This document shows, piece by piece, positions 63,680 to 64,000 of a stretch of 64,000 bases of DNA. The notes under the pieces are model-generated. The model saw only the letters and a list, made by a program, of their open reading frames with translations, did no database searches and was not told the origin of the DNA. Source of the DNA: an uncultured Verrucomicrobiales bacterium (GTDB lineage Bacteria > Verrucomicrobiota > Verrucomicrobiia > Verrucomicrobiales > DEV007); the NCBI GenBank assembly GCA_943789025.1, contig CALSSN010000008.1, forward strand, positions 138,756 through 202,755, in the 5' to 3' direction. Within the stretch, counting starts at the first letter, position 1; every line of letters starts with the position of its first letter. The translations under genes and the position numbers were made by a program.

Positions 63680-64000
63680 ATGAAACAAAAAAGCAAGGAC
63701 TTGGGGACAATTGTTGTCCTTGTCGCTCCAAAGTTCTCGCATGCGGCCATCGGCCTATGCGACGCCCTGCGTCGACAGGGTTATGCCTTTCGAGTGGTCG
63801 GTATCGGCTACGTCGGCAGCGGCCTCACGGGGCCGGAGGTGGTGAAACGCTGTGGTGGTGACCCGGAAGACTTTATCGACACGGATGAACTGGAGAAGTC
63901 TTGGGCAGGCGAATCGGGATCCTGTATTGATGGCAGTTTTGATTGCGAGGATTGGGAGGAGATGGCGCGCGTGCGGCTGGCGGATCGCCAGGTCGGCGCA
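63680..64000 (+). CDS. Hypothetical protein, N-terminal fragment (3' end outside window)
   Basis: ATG 63680 opens a frame that runs to the window edge without a stop (MKQKSKDLGTIVVLVAPKFSHAAIGLCDALRRQGYAFRVVGIG...). Not in the ORF track because no stop lies inside the window. No family recognised. Confidence 0.4.
   Translation, partial: MKQKSKDLGTIVVLVAPKFSHAAIGLCDALRRQGYAFRVVGIGYVGSGLTGPEVVKRCGGDPEDFIDTDELEKSWAGESGSCIDGSFDCEDWEEMARVRLADRQVGA

Overview
This 64-kb window looks like chromosomal DNA from a Gram-negative (diderm) bacterium, since lpxA, lptD, exbBD and a secretin are present. GC content is moderately high. A PVC/Verrucomicrobia-like origin is only a guess and needs a database search. 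About 0-50 kb is densely packed housekeeping genes: uvrB (frame broken), bioD, the folP-cdaA-small ORF-glmM operon, acyP, an ABC-2 transporter, a GT9 heptosyltransferase, marR, pgeF, tRNA-Gly, lysA, tRNA-Pro, argC-argJ, a tandem LOG protein, radC, lpxA, lptD, ugd, rsmB, a sialate O-acetylesterase, an ABC-F ATPase, exbB-exbD plus a TPR protein, uvrC, a PBP2 with a large repeat insertion, and a four-gene phospholipid operon (metallophosphoesterase, TVP38/DedA, cdsA, CDP-alcohol phosphatidyltransferase). From about 50.8 kb to the window end lies a surface-glycan locus: a sulfotransferase-like protein, a TviB-like dehydrogenase, GT4, HAD, a GbsR-type regulator, an AlgJ/AlgX-like protein, an ABC exporter, a 2-hydroxyacid dehydrogenase, GT2, an SpsF-like cytidylyltransferase and a NeuB-like synthase. 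In this locus an unusual number of reading frames are broken. The ABC exporter is shredded by many frameshifts, and the AlgJ-like, dehydrogenase, GbsR and NeuB genes carry one or more each. Five items look most worth follow-up. (1) A ~210-nt non-coding element occurs twice in inverted orientation and brackets the 6.3-kb tRNA/lysA/argCJ block. (2) A small lower-GC islet beside tRNA-Gly encodes an AP2-domain protein preceded by 15-bp tandem repeats. (3) The glycan locus has a frameshift-dense segment. (4) PBP2 has a ~215-aa acidic hexapeptide-repeat spacer and a poly-proline tail. (5) A 64-aa membrane ORF occupies the CdaR position between cdaA and glmM. I found no CRISPR array, rRNA, integrase, transposase or recognisable defence system. 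All family calls rest on motif recognition by eye, with no database search.
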